DNA from: the human T2T-CHM13v2.0 reference genome, Homo sapiens
Assembly (NCBI RefSeq): GCF_009914755.1
Contig: NC_060927.1
Length of the DNA stretch: 64,000 bases
Direction: 5' to 3' (one strand)
Part shown: positions 41,703 through 55,206 of the stretch, one piece after another
Layout of the letters: every line of letters starts with the position of its first letter
Numbering within the stretch: position 1 is the stretch's first letter
Translations under genes and position numbers: made by a program
The notes under the pieces: generated by a model
The model's input: the letters and a program-made list of their open reading frames with translations, nothing else
Databases searched by the model: none
What the model was told of the DNA's origin: nothing

Positions 41703-42486
41703 GTATGTACATTTTTGTGGTGTAATGAAAACCCACCAGTTTAAGCCCAGATTTGTCATTAAACTTCCTAAGTTTCCACATACTGCCTCTATTTGTTCCT
41801 TTTTTGTAATAGAGGTTGAAGATTATTTGAAACAGAAATGGATGCCTTTGCTCACCAAAAGTCAGATTCATCCTATCTAGGTTTCCAGATAACTCCTCGT
41901 TAGCTGCTTTCCACAGTAGAGATTCTTAAGGGACAACAAGACCAGCAAAATGACTCAAGAGTCTTTAAGAAGAATGTGTGCCCCGAGGGCTCCTCAGATG
42001 TTCACCCTCAGTCTCCCTGCCCATGTTGGGCCAGCTCTCAGATAATTCTCTGATGCAGTTAAGAGTGTGGGAAGTGATAGAGGGCATTGCGGCAGAGAAA
42101 AACCCTGTGAACAACTGTCTTGCTGGTTTGATGAATATTTAATGTGCTCCTACTGGTTTAGGATGCTAGGTTCATCTAAATGTGCATAACTACTTTTAGG
42201 GTCTTAAATGCCCCCTTGCTTTCTGGAGACAATTAAAATTTTAAATCCTGTAAACAGTTTTGTTACATGCAAAGAATACTTGTGTAGATCACCTGAAACT
42301 GTTTCCCACCAATTGTTGTTTGGGAAAGACTGTTGTATTTGAAATACTAGAACAGGTGAGTGAGGTAGAACATAGTACAGATTCTCTCTAGCATGAGGTT
42401 ATGTGGGGCTCAACGGAATGGTAGAGCATGGGGTCTGAGGCTGTAGAAAGAGTAAGGTATTTTAGAATGAAAATCTTTGTGGGTAT

Positions 42487-42812
42487 GGCTGGGCACAGTG
42501 GCTCACGCCTGTAATATCAGCACTTTGGGAGGCTTAGGCGAGTGGATCACCTGAGGTCAGGAGACCAGCCTGGTTAACACGGTTAAACCCCATGATTACT
42601 AAAAAAAAAAAAAAAAAAATAGAAAAAAAATAGAAAAATTAGTTGGGTGTGGTGACATGCACCTGTAATCCCAGCTGCTTGGGAGGCTGAGGCACCGAGA
42701 ACCACTTGAACCAGGGAGGCAGAGGTTGCGTTGAGCTGAGATCGTGCCACTGCACTCCAGCCTGGGTGACAGAATGAGACTCCGTCTCAAAAAAAAAAAA
42801 AAGAAAAAAGAA
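42487..42812 (+). mobile_element. AluS with expanded A linker
   Basis: Full sense Alu; GAAAATCT on both flanks. Confidence 0.95.
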
Positions 42813-42814
42813 AA

Positions 42815-42816
<2 letters not shown>

Positions 42817-42866
<50 letters not shown>
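42817..42866 (+). repeat. (TG)25 microsatellite
   Basis: Read directly; uninterrupted. Confidence 0.97.
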
Positions 42867-42869
<3 letters not shown>

Positions 42870-43164
42870 AGTTGTACTGGCTTATTTTTCAGCCATGAAG
42901 AGTTCTAGATGCCTTTAATAGCAGTAGTTGTAGTTGTAGTCATAATAACTTATTGAATGTATACTATGTTCTTGGCTCTTCCATGGAACATCTTGTTTGA
43001 TTTATTCTAACAAGCCTATGATGAAGGGGCTGTTAATATTCTCATGTGACAAAAGAAGCAAGGTCTCGAAGTGGTTTGTTTATGTTCCAAACATTTGTGT
43101 AGTGCTGTAATACATGCTTTTCACATATTACATTAATTCTTACAGACATCTTATGAGATACTGG

Positions 43165-43475
43165 CTTTTTTTTTTTTTTTGGGGGGGGTTGGAGTCTCGC
43201 TCTGTCACCACCCAGGCTGGAGTGCAGTGGCGCAATCTTGTCTTGGCTCACTGCAACCTTGGTCTCCTGGGTTCAAGCGATTTTCCTGCCTCAGCCTCCA
43301 GAGTAGCTGGGACCACAGGCATGTGCCACAAGGCCTGACTAATTTTTGTATTTTTAGTAGAGATGGGGTTTCACCATGTTAGCCAGGCTAGTCTCGAACT
43401 CCTGACCTCAGGCAATCTGCCCGCCTCAGCCTCCCAAAGTGCTGGGATTACAGGCGTGAGCCACAGCGCCCAGCT
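43165..43475 (-). mobile_element. AluS
   Basis: Antisense Alu; GAGATACT TSD; sits inside MIR-like sequence. Confidence 0.95.
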
Positions 43476-44379
43476 GAGATACTATTTTTACAGTGAAGAT
43501 ATTGATGGGGAGAAAGCTAAGGCGCCTTTCTAAACTCACATCCCTAACAAGCGGGTGAGCAGGATTTGAACCAGACCCTCTCGCTCTTTCACCATCTTAC
43601 TAAAGAGCTTATAGTTCATAACCACTGGAGTATTCCACTTCTCGTATACAAGAACAGCTGGAAGGACAGACTTTGCTAGTTTTTTATCAGAGAGTAAATC
43701 TGAAATCCACCTGCAGACCTATGTCTAGTGGTAACTTGCTTTGTTGATATCTGACTTACTGTAGTTCAGCTTCTCTCTAGTAGCCCCGTATGTTTTCTGC
43801 TTGTTTTTTGTTTGTTTATACTTGAAGATCTGCTCTGAAGATTTTCTCAGACCTCTGGTAACTGTGAGTTACATGGGAGGCTGCTTAGAATTCTTAAATG
43901 TCAGTAGTAGCTACCTAGTGTGCTGCTGCTTTATTTCATGCATAAGCAAAAGGAGAAGTAACCTGTATAAAAACTTGTGTGCCATGATAGGATATTGCTC
44001 TTGCTTTCTATCTTATCTCACTTTTTTCTTCTTTGTATTCATCTAGGATGACTGGGAGGGGCTCAGGGAAATAAATGTCGTTGCATGGCTGCTTTGTGCC
44101 AAGCATATTGTTAAGTGATTTGCATACCTGGTATCATTTACCCCTGGCAGCAACTCTATCAGGAAGCTAGCAGTTTTTATTGCTATTTCATAAATAAAGA
44201 TGCTGAAGCTTAGAGTGGCCAGTGGTAGAGACAGGATTTAAACTCATATCTGCCTAGTGTCCTATCTAGTACATTTTCTCCTCTGCAGGGCTGCCTCAGA
44301 CTCAGGTTTTTTGTGAGCTGCCTGCTAATTAGGTGGTTAGTGGCTGCTGCTTTCTCATGTTTAGTTTTGTTTATTATTA

Positions 44380-44705
<326 letters not shown>

Positions 44706-45521
44706 AAATCTTATTGTTTCATTTTACTGTCTTGATTGGCTTTAACCCTGTTTCCAATGCAGTCTTAGAGATGGAATACATTATAATGGGGATAACCATG
44801 TCTCAGTGTCATCTCTCATTTGATCTAATCAGAGAATACGAGGTTATATATTGACAAGATTGTAGGGACCCAGATGAGGGGGCTGCATTGTTTTACTGTG
44901 CAAAAGTAGTTTATCCGTTTTTTATTGTGAGTGCTTATTGAGAACCTCATTGCTCTGTGATCTTAATCATTACTAAGCAAGTTGAAAGATACAGTGGCTG
45001 TTTATTAGGTTAAGGGAAGCCCACACATCTATCCAATAAATATCTGTAAAGCACCTGTTACATGCTGTGCACTGTTACAGGCACTGGGGATATAGGAATG
45101 AATACAGCAGAACATGTTCCTCATTTGCCCTAAAAACATAACCAGTGTTTGGAAATTCTAGAATGGACCTCTCATTATTTTCATTTTTATTTCATTTTAG
45201 GCTATTTTATTTCCTAAAGTCACTGGTGACTGGCCATCTTTAACCCTTGAAAATATTACTACAAGTGAAGATCTCTTGATAGCAAAACTGATGACTTTAG
45301 GTCTTCCCTGCCTGCTGTTGAATAACTCTTTTAAGTTTGTTATGAAATCTGTAACATGACTTCAGTATCATCTAGTCAAGCTCCTACATTTACCTGGTGA
45401 GGAAATTGAGATCCAGGGATGAAGTTCAAATAGCAAGGCAACTCCATTCAAAGTAGGAATTGTGACATGCTGTTGTTTTGTGTCTTGGCATTCTTGAACA
45501 GAATTTCAAAAACCCAGAAAA

Positions 45522-45841
<320 letters not shown>

Positions 45842-46249
45842 TTAACTCTATCCCATCCAGCTATCAGATGGTTGCAGCTTTACTTGGCCTAGAATTCCTT
45901 GGACATCTTCTCCCACAGAAAAATCCCAATGGCTACATGTATTCAAATTGTTTATGGAGTTTTTGAAAATGAATTGAGGAGGCACATGGATGGCTGTTTT
46001 TGCAGCGGTCTTGATGAGATATGATGAAAGTTTGGTTGAGTATGATTGTGAAGGAGATAATAGAGAAGTGACCAGATTTGAAGACCTTGGTGAGATAAAA
46101 GTGATGTCTCACTGTGCTGATGAGAAAAGTTTCAGTTGAAAATTTGTATTGACATGTAGCTTTTTGGTAGGGATAATTTACTGGTAAAATGAAATGAAAT
46201 ATAATGCTATGAAGCTTTTTGGTAGTACCTGAGAGTTTCAGTAATCACT

Positions 46250-46508
46250 TATATATATATTATATATATATTATATAATATAAATATATATACTATATAA
46301 TATATAGTATATAATATATAATATTATATATAATATATAATACATATATTATATATAATATATATTACATATTATTACATATTACATATTACATATGTAT
46401 TACACATAATACATATATTACATATATATAATATATAATATATAATAATATATAATATATAAAATAATATATATAATAATATAATAATATATATAAATAT
46501 ATATTTAT
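46250..46508. repeat. About 260-bp degenerate (TA)n / CATATTA low-complexity tract
   Basis: Almost purely A/T with TACATAT sub-repeats. Confidence 0.95.
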
Positions 46509-47791
46509 AGAGAGCTGTTGGTAATCTCCATCAAAAGTAAGTGCTGAACCTTTTAAATCACTGAAATTTTTTTTTAAATGGTTCAACAATTTTATAGAAA
46601 ACATTGGTAGGGGGAGATTTTTATTTTGGGGGGAGTTGGTAATTTAATGTACCTTTTCATATTTCTAAGAAAAATAAAATATTTAGTTGATTGTTGTTGG
46701 CTTTAGAATCATTATAGTTGAGTTTTCAATGAATTCTGAGAAGAAAACAACCAATAATGGCAGTTTTTAAATCCCAAATTCTTCCATGGAAAAATAAAGC
46801 AACTAGGAAAGCTAAACTATAAACTCACAAACAATATCTGTAATGAAACTAGGTTATGAGGTATCTCCATCAGTCTCAGAATATGTGTGGATGGGACAAA
46901 CCACCTACAGCTACGAGACCTGCGTGGAATTGGCCCCAGAGGGAAGAGACAGAGGACCTGAAGTCTCAAATCAGCTGCATATTGCAGATGCCCATGGGAA
47001 AGTGTGCTGGGCCTACTTGGGATGTGCATTGAAGAGTAGGCATGCTTCCATAGCATACCTAGTTCCTGGATGAGTGCAAGGAGACTGCAGTGGAGCAAGA
47101 TGTGGTGATTTTGGGGCTCTATCATTTTCCAAACTAATAACCTGAATCTGCCTTCTAAGGTAAAACTTGCAAGAGGAAGAACTGCTGGGGGTAGAAGTCA
47201 GAATGAACAAGATGGGGCGGTGAGAGTCAAGTATAGACAAGGTTCAGATAACAGTGTGGAAGTTGAGAAGACAGGTCTGTGAAAGCAGAAGGTCATAGTG
47301 TTTGGAATCACTTTGTGAAAATAACAGTGGGAGATCTACATGTTAAGAACTAGAAAAGCTCCACCATACCCCCCACCCTAACCCCATGATTAGCGTTTGG
47401 GAATATTTATTTTACATTAAAAAATGAGCAGAAGAAAAGCATTACACTTGAACTCTATATAAAGTTATTCCAAAAAAAGGAAATACGGAGCAGCACTCAT
47501 AAAAGAGTTGAACACTATATACCTGATATTTTAAAATAAGACTAAAATATGAGAATGTGATAGATGGTATGAAAGAACGTTATACATTAGTTTTAGAGAA
47601 ACTCAGAAATGCCAGAATTGAAGAGAAAGATGGCAGGATTTGGGAAAGAAGTAGAAATAAAATAATGTCTCAGAAATTAAGAATAAATTAGAAAGAATGC
47701 AAGAGCAAGTAGAGGAGGAGAAGATTTTAATAATCAAAGAGAAATATAATAATGAAAAAGTCCTATAAAATGTATAATGAAAAAGTTGTTT

Positions 47792-47970
47792 AGGTGGGTG
47801 TGGTGTCTCATGCCTGTAATCCCAGCACTTTGAGAGGCTGAAGTGGGAGCATCACTTGAGCCTGGGAGTTTGAGATAGCAGTGAGTCATGAACGTGGCAC
47901 TGTACTCCAGCCTAGACAATAGAGCAAGAAGACCCTGTCTCCAAACAGAAAAAAGGGAGAAAAGAAAAAG
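47792..47970 (+). mobile_element. Monomeric Alu (FAM/FRAM-like)
   Basis: Single-arm Alu with A-rich tail. Confidence 0.85.
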
Positions 47971-48100
47971 TTGTATAGAGGCTGCCTAAAGGAGAACCAA
48001 AATATGTGTGATAGGAGTCCTGTAAGAAGAAATTGAAAGTAAAGAGAAAAAAAATATTAAAAATCACAAGAAAAAGTCATTGAAATAGGGGCCCTTTAAA

Positions 48101-48187
48101 GTGAAATAGTGAAATAGTGAATAGTGAAATAGTGAATAGTGAAATAGTGAATAGTGAAATAGTGAATAGTGAAATAGTGAAATAGTG
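48101..48187 (+). repeat. Tandem repeat of GTGAAATA/GTGAATA units (11 units, 15-bp higher-order period)
   Basis: Read directly; produces the FTISL repeat in ORF 48077..48280. Confidence 0.95.
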
Positions 48188-49372
48188 GCCCTTTAAAGCT
48201 ATATTTAAAGGGCCACTATGTTCCTTACTAAATCTTCTCAAATCATCCCAGATAAATAATATAGAGAAAGTATGGGTCATTCATGAAAAGGAAAAACAAA
48301 AATCCTTTGAGCATCCCAGCAAAAAGACTCTGTCACTATAAGGAAAGGAAAATTGGATTCTTGTGAAACTTTTTTTTTCTTTGACAGTAGTGTTATATGC
48401 CAAAAAGACAATGGAGTATCATATTTAAGATATGCAAGGATAGAAAATGTGAACCATGAATTTTATAACTCTCCAAAATGGTCTTCAACTATGAAGATCA
48501 TATGATTGTGAGTGTGCCAGAAATCAGGCAATATAACTTCCATGAGCTGTTTTTGAAGGAACTAGTGGAGAACAAGCTTCAGATAACCTCAAAGCTTGAG
48601 GAAGCATTGATGACATAAGTAGAGGTCGGTAAATGATTGCTAATTGTTCTTTCTCTTTACATCTACTAAGGATACCATGTAGTGTTTCAGATAATCATAA
48701 TTGGAGTGTCCAGTGAATTTGGGGAAGGATAGCACTAGAGGTGACACAGTTTTGTGGCCCTGAATAAATTTGTGTATCTAGGCAATAATTATCAATGGCC
48801 ACTAGCATCACAAATGGGGGAGACACCTAGACTTTATATAATTCTCCATAGGAGAATGCAGTACTACCTATAAGGTAGTTCTGCCAACAAAATAGGGAAC
48901 TTTAGTCTGATCAAGCTTCTACATCTATCAATTTACAGAAATTAAAGTGAGTATCATGTTAAATGGCACCATGGGGATGCAATCAGCAAAACAGACAAAA
49001 TCCATAACATGGGAATCTTTATACAAAAGAGGGTACAAAATGTTTTTAGCACAAAAAGGGGTAAATGGAGATAAAAGGGGAACCTATAGATTAAATGAGA
49101 TTGAGGAATACCTTGATTTATCTTAATGTGTATGGCCCTTATTTGGATCCTGATTGAAGCAAACACGTTGTAAAATGGAAAACATTATAACTAGTTGGGA
49201 AAATGTATGTGAATATTGGATTTTTAGGAACGGATCATTCATATTTTTTAAGTGTTTCCTGACATTTTGGTTTTTATTAATAATAAAAAAGAATACATTG
49301 GAGAAAAAGGGTTTGAGTCATCAGTAAGCGAACATAGGATGTTGAATCACTCATTTGAAATTTTAGTAGATA

Positions 49373-49836
49373 TGTGAGTTAGGGTTCTTCAGAGGAGCAG
49401 AAAAAAGGAGATATATTTTTAAAAGACATTTATTATAAGGAATTGGTGTGACTGTGGAGGCTGAGAAGTCCCACAGTCTGCTGTCTGTAAGCTAGAGACC
49501 CAGGAGAGCCAATGGTGTAAATTCCCATCTCTCTTGGAGGCCTGAAGAAACTTATGGCCCTGGTTAAGCTTAAACACTCAGGCAGAGAGAAGATGTTTTC
49601 CCTTCCTCTGCCTTTTTGTTCTATTCAGGCACTCAGGGTGCCCTGAATGGGTACCTACCCACATTGAGGTACCCACTCGTATTAAGTGGTGCCCACCCAT
49701 TGAGGAAGGCCATCTGCTTTAAACAGTCTATTGAATCCTAAACACCCTCGCAGACCCACTAAGAGATAATGTTTAACCAAGTATCTGGGCACCCCATGGC
49801 CCAGTCAAGTTGACACACAGAAATACCCATCATCTC
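49373..49836. mobile_element. MLT2 (ERVL) solo LTR
   Basis: AGGGTTCTTCAGAG…ATAAGGAATTGG…GGAGGCTGAGAAGTCCCAC…GCCCAGTCAAGTTGACACA. Confidence 0.85.
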
Positions 49837-50325
49837 AGAAAACACTCCCCTTTTTAATTTCTTGTTCCTGTGTCTCTGTTTTTTTTTTTTTTTTTTTTTT
49901 TTTTACTGTGGCTTTAGGGATAAAACAGTAATTTTGGTGTTGAATCACGGTGTTCATTAAAATGGAGAAAGCAGGTTTTGCTCTTGGGTAGATAGAGGCA
50001 CCTGGCTGCTGGGGATTGTTTGAGTAACAGCTAGCTATAGCATTCATCTTCAGGGGTTCCTGTTTTGCACTTCCTCTGTGACCGCAGTGAGAAATTGTAT
50101 ATGAGTGAGACTTCCTAGGGTTCTTTGGCCACACTGGAGAGCTTGATTACTTGTTACCTCTAACACCTTTATTGGACATGGTGTTTTTTTGATTCACTGT
50201 GAACATTTATGGATTTTTTTTCATTACGCCAAGCATTTCAAATATTCCTTTCCTTATCCAGGATTTTTAAATGCTGTGTTTCTTTTGGACTTTGTCTACA
50301 TTTTGCAGTATTCTCCTCAGCATAG

Positions 50326-50743
<418 letters not shown>

Positions 50744-52461
50744 GTCTGCTCTTCTTAAGTTGACAGAAAAGGAGTTTTACAGTTTTTACATTTCTTAATC
50801 CTTTATGGGAAATAGTATTTCTTTGGTTTTGCATGCCAGAGAACTGAGGCTTAAATGATAAGTAATGTGCTGTGACTTATAAAGCTAATAAAGGAAGGCT
50901 AGGATGACCCTAAGCATAGAAGACAGAGGCAAAAGAAGAGGGGAAATATGAAAGTTAAAGAGATATAAACAGTAGAGGGTAAGGGGTCGTGAGGTGAGTG
51001 TATGAATAGCAGTATGAGCGATGACAATACTGAATATGATAATGATTGAGAACATCCGCCCAAGATGCATGCTAAGCGCTTTACTAGTATTATATCACTG
51101 GATTTCACAGCACCTTTATGTGGTAGTCACAGTTATTTTCTCCATTTTACAGATGAGTAAACAGAGCTGTTAGAATATTATGTAATGTGCACTGGGCAGG
51201 CTCTGCCAAGTGCGTGCAGAAGCATAAGCTAGCAATTTAACTGCCTCTCAAATGCATCATAGTAATCTATCTTCCTCCTTCATCATCAGGGATTAAGTAA
51301 CTGCACCATGGACAATGTAAGTAACTTGCCTAAGTAATTAGTTTCAGTCACTGGCACAGCCAAGTGGAGAATCTCTCTTTTCTGACCTGGAAGTATTATG
51401 AGTTTGCTCAGTGAGTTTGTTTTTGGAAATGCTCCTCTATGGCAACATTCTTGCCTATTCAATACTGTTTCTTTGACTTCTGTGTCTGTTTTTAATTGTT
51501 CAGCTCTTCTCTTTCCACCCACATCCCCAAATATGCAGTGAGTAGCCGTTGGGTTTCACGTTGTAATTGGAAAAGGTAAAAGCCAGCCTGAAAATAATTC
51601 TGGCCTGTTGGGAATGTTGGCTTCATGTTTTGAGAATTTCCCTCGTGTCCCTGACTTCAGAGTTAACTATTTCTTTAATGAGGACTAACATGTTAGTGTT
51701 GTCTCTGAACTTTATTTGCAGTAATTCACTAATGGAAGCTTTCACAGCCAACTCTGGTAATGAATGTAGAACAGCGACCTTCTGTAGAAAAGGAAAGAAA
51801 AAAAATGCTTTCTGTCCTCAGAGGGATCTTTCCTGTTTGGAAAAACCAAATGGACAAGAAAAATAAATCAAGCATTTGAAGGAAAGGAGCTACATCCTTT
51901 AGAGTGTTATATTTGTGAAAATTCTCATAGCCTAGAGATTTTCTTTCCAATTTAAGCAAGGAGGAATTTTCCAATGTGAAGCTATTTTTACATGGCCATT
52001 AATGGGGTATTTTTGGTGCAAAAATAGTTTCTGGTCCTTGGTGTAGTAACCTTTACCCTTTTAGTCAAATGTTTTATTCTTCCAACCACACACAGTAGGA
52101 GAATTTCTTCTCTAACAGTCCTCATACCTTCCCCAAAAAAGGAGACAGAGGAAAGGCAATATTTGTTTTGAGACTGATTCGTTACATGGCCGATGGTGAC
52201 TTGAAAACACCTCCCTGTGTGTGTTTTCTGGGAAAGAGAGGAACAAGTGAGTGTTAATTCTCCACTCTGACTGGGGGCCAACATCCCTTTGATACTCATT
52301 GTGCTGCCTTTCCTGGTTAGGAGTTCTTGGGGCACTTAATTACCCTGGGCTGAATATTTTTTACCATCTACTCCATCCCATCATGCGTAGTTTGCATTTG
52401 CAAGTTCGGTTACTTTGGGAGATTGATGGAGTTGAAATTGATGATGAGCCAGTTGCACAGG

Positions 52462-52761
52462 TTTGTTTGTTTGTTTTTGTTTTGAGATGGAGTCTTGTTC
52501 TGTCGCCCAGGCTAGAGTGCAGTGGCACCATCTCAGCTTACTACAACCTCTACCTCCCGGGTTCAAGGGATTCTCCTGCCTCAGCCTCCTAAGTAGCTGA
52601 GACTACAGACACACACCACCACAACCAGCTAATTTTTGTATTTTTAGTAGAGACGGGTTTCACCATGTTGAGCAGGATGGTCTCAATCTCCTGACCTCGT
52701 GATCCACCGCCTCGGCCTCCCAAAGTACTGGGATTACAGGCGTGAGTCACCAGGCCTGGCC
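52462..52761 (-). mobile_element. AluS (Sg/Sc-like)
   Basis: Antisense Alu with (TTTG)n tail; GCACAGG TSD. Confidence 0.94.
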
Positions 52762-53097
52762 GCACAGGGGTTATTAATTAGTGGAATCATATTGCTCATT
52801 GCAGAGGAGCAAGTAGAACTTACCCAAATTTATGCATTTAGAATAGATGTTAATGTAACAAAAGTGATGAAAAACTTAAAGATTATTATGGTAATTTATA
52901 TATTTTTTAATTTTGTAGACTAGCTTAATAAGGTGAAAGGAAAAACAACTTGTTCTTCATGGAGTTTAAGTTCACATGGATTTATAGTGCAAGTAGAAAT
53001 CAATAATGTAGGACAACGGAGAAATGCCTTCATTCTTGGATATGTCTGTCCAGCAAATATACTGATAATAAATATCCCTGTTATAAATGATGATGAA

Positions 53098-53391
53098 GCT
53101 GGGTGCAGTGGCTCACGCCTGTAATCCCAGGACTTTGGGAGGCCGAGGTGGGCAGATCACAAGGTCAGGAGATCGAGACCATCCTGGCTAACACAGGGAA
53201 ACCCCGTCTCTACTAAATTACAAAAATTAGCCAGGCGTGGTGGCGGGCGCCTGTAGTCCCAGCTACTCAAGAGGCTGAGGCAGGAGAATGGCATGAACCT
53301 GGGACGCGGAGCTTGCAGTGAGCCAAGATCGCTCCACTGCACTCCATTCAGCCTGGGCGACAGAGCGAGACTCCGTCTCAAAAAAAAAAAA
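53098..53391 (+). mobile_element. AluY
   Basis: GAGATCGAGACCATCCTGGCTAACAC and GAATGGCATGAACC…GGAGCTTGCAG. Confidence 0.94.
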
Positions 53392-53804
53392 GGTGATGAA
53401 AAATGAGTTGACAGTTGTGAGATTTGAGTGAGAGATTTTGAACAGTTTTCCAAACCACACTAGACTATTCCTATTGAGTTAGTTTAAAATATTTTCTAGG
53501 CTTTCCTGCAGAAATGACTTGTCATATTTGTAGATGAATATGTTAATTTTGACTGAGAAGCCAGGTTAAATTTTTATTTGTTTCCTTAGGTGTTTCATAA
53601 GAATGTAAGCAACCTTCCTTCACAAACCCCACACAGTCTTCTACCACCAGGTTACTCATGTAGGATAGGTGGATGGAAGAAAAACAAACTTTACATCTAA
53701 GAGGCCTTCCCTTGCAGCAGGGAAAACCATAGCTGCAATTTAATTCTGCTTTGAGGATTTTCAATCTCAATGGAATCCTTAAGTGAAACTGTGATTTCTC
53801 AGCA

Positions 53805-54050
53805 AGTATGGTGGCTCACGCCTGTAATCCCAGCACTTTAAAAAGCCAAAGCAGGAGGATTGCCTGAGCCCAGGAGTTTGAGACCAGCTTGGGCAAACAA
53901 AAATTAACTAGGTATGGTGGCACATGCCTGTACTCAAGAGGCTGAAGCAGGAGGATCAGTCAAGTCCAGGAAGTCAAGGTTGCAGTGAGCTGTGACCTTG
54001 CCATTGTACTTCAGCCTGGGCAACAAAGCAAGACCTCATGTCAAAACAAA
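53805..54050 (+). mobile_element. Degenerate AluJ
   Basis: Alu motifs with internal deletions; AACTGTGATTTCTC TSD. Confidence 0.88.
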
Positions 54051-54902
54051 CTGTGATTTCTCCACAGTGATGAAAATTTTGTATGACATAAACTCTAATC
54101 CTTCAACTACTTGCTGGTCATGTTGATAAGTCATACAAAGTCCAACTGGCTTCCTTAGATTTAACAACCCACTTAGGACAGAAAACCCTTGTGGATATGT
54201 GTTCCTTGACATTCAGTTAATTTAACTAGGTGTGGTCTTGAAGCTGCCATCAGATGTGGGCAGTGCAGAATGGGAAGCAAAAGGTGACATGCCAGAGTAG
54301 AAGTAAAGAATTGTCTTTTAACCCTGACTCCTTTCTCCTCTAGGGGTGATTTGTGAAAAGGGTAAGAATATTCGAGATACATCAGTAAATGTACTCCTGA
54401 AGTCACAAAGCCTGAAGAAAGTTTTCAGGTTATTGGACAGAATTCAGTAATTCTGCACATTCATGTGTCTCAACACTTTTAGGGATTACTAATTAAGGGA
54501 AACCCATTGAGCTTACTATTCTCCCATGTTTTATTTTAAAGACCAGTAAGTTAAATGCTTCAAGTGTAAGACTGGTCATACTGAGCACAGATTAAATAGA
54601 CAAACTACAGAAAAATGCAAATAAGTGGTTGAGGTTGCTTCTGGTTATGATCCATAGAAATTGTAAACACCAGAACATAATACAAAGAGGGAAAAGTGGA
54701 AACATAAGAGTTTCATACCTATTGTTTTGATGGTTTTACAATGCGTATCATAGATTTTAAAAGCTGAACTAGCAGTTAGTTACTAGATTCTAGGTATGAA
54801 ATGGGAGGCATTATTGTATGGTAGTTAAATAAATTTCACAAATTTGGAATAAGACCAAGATAAGGTCTTAGTTCTACCACTTGGCTTATTCCGTTTTCTT
54901 AG

Positions 54903-55206
54903 GTTTTTTTTTTTTGAGACAGGTTCTCGCTGTGTCACCCAGGCTGGGGTGTAGAGATAGGATCACAGCTCACTGCAGCCTCCATCTCTTGGGCTCATGC
55001 CATTCTCCCTCCTCATCCTCCTAAGTAGCTGAGACTAGAGCTGTTCCCTACCACATCCAGCTACTTTTTGTTGTTGTTGTTGTTTGGTAGAAATGAGGTT
55101 ATGCTATGTTGTCCAGGCTTGTCTCAAACTTCTAGACTCAAGTAATTTTCCTGCCTCAGCCTCCCAAAGTGCTGGGATTACAGGCGTGAGCCACCACTCC
55201 CAGCCA
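54903..55206 (-). mobile_element. AluJ inserted in a MIR
   Basis: Antisense AluJ; MIR-like sequence on both sides. Confidence 0.92.

Larger units (their letters stand above)
47400..49300 (+). mobile_element. Ancient L1/HAL1-like remnant (ORF1-like region plus 3' end)
   Basis: A-rich sense strand; ATAGGAGTCC…, GCCAAAAGACAATGGAGTATCATATTTAAG (ORF1-like); CACCATGGGGATGCAATCAGCAAAA (L1MC/HAL1 3'-like). Confidence 0.6.

Noticed and set aside
48077-48280. ORF with FTISL repeats, and the repeat as a possible CRISPR-like array
   Set aside because: Simple tandem repeat with no unique spacers, in eukaryotic DNA.
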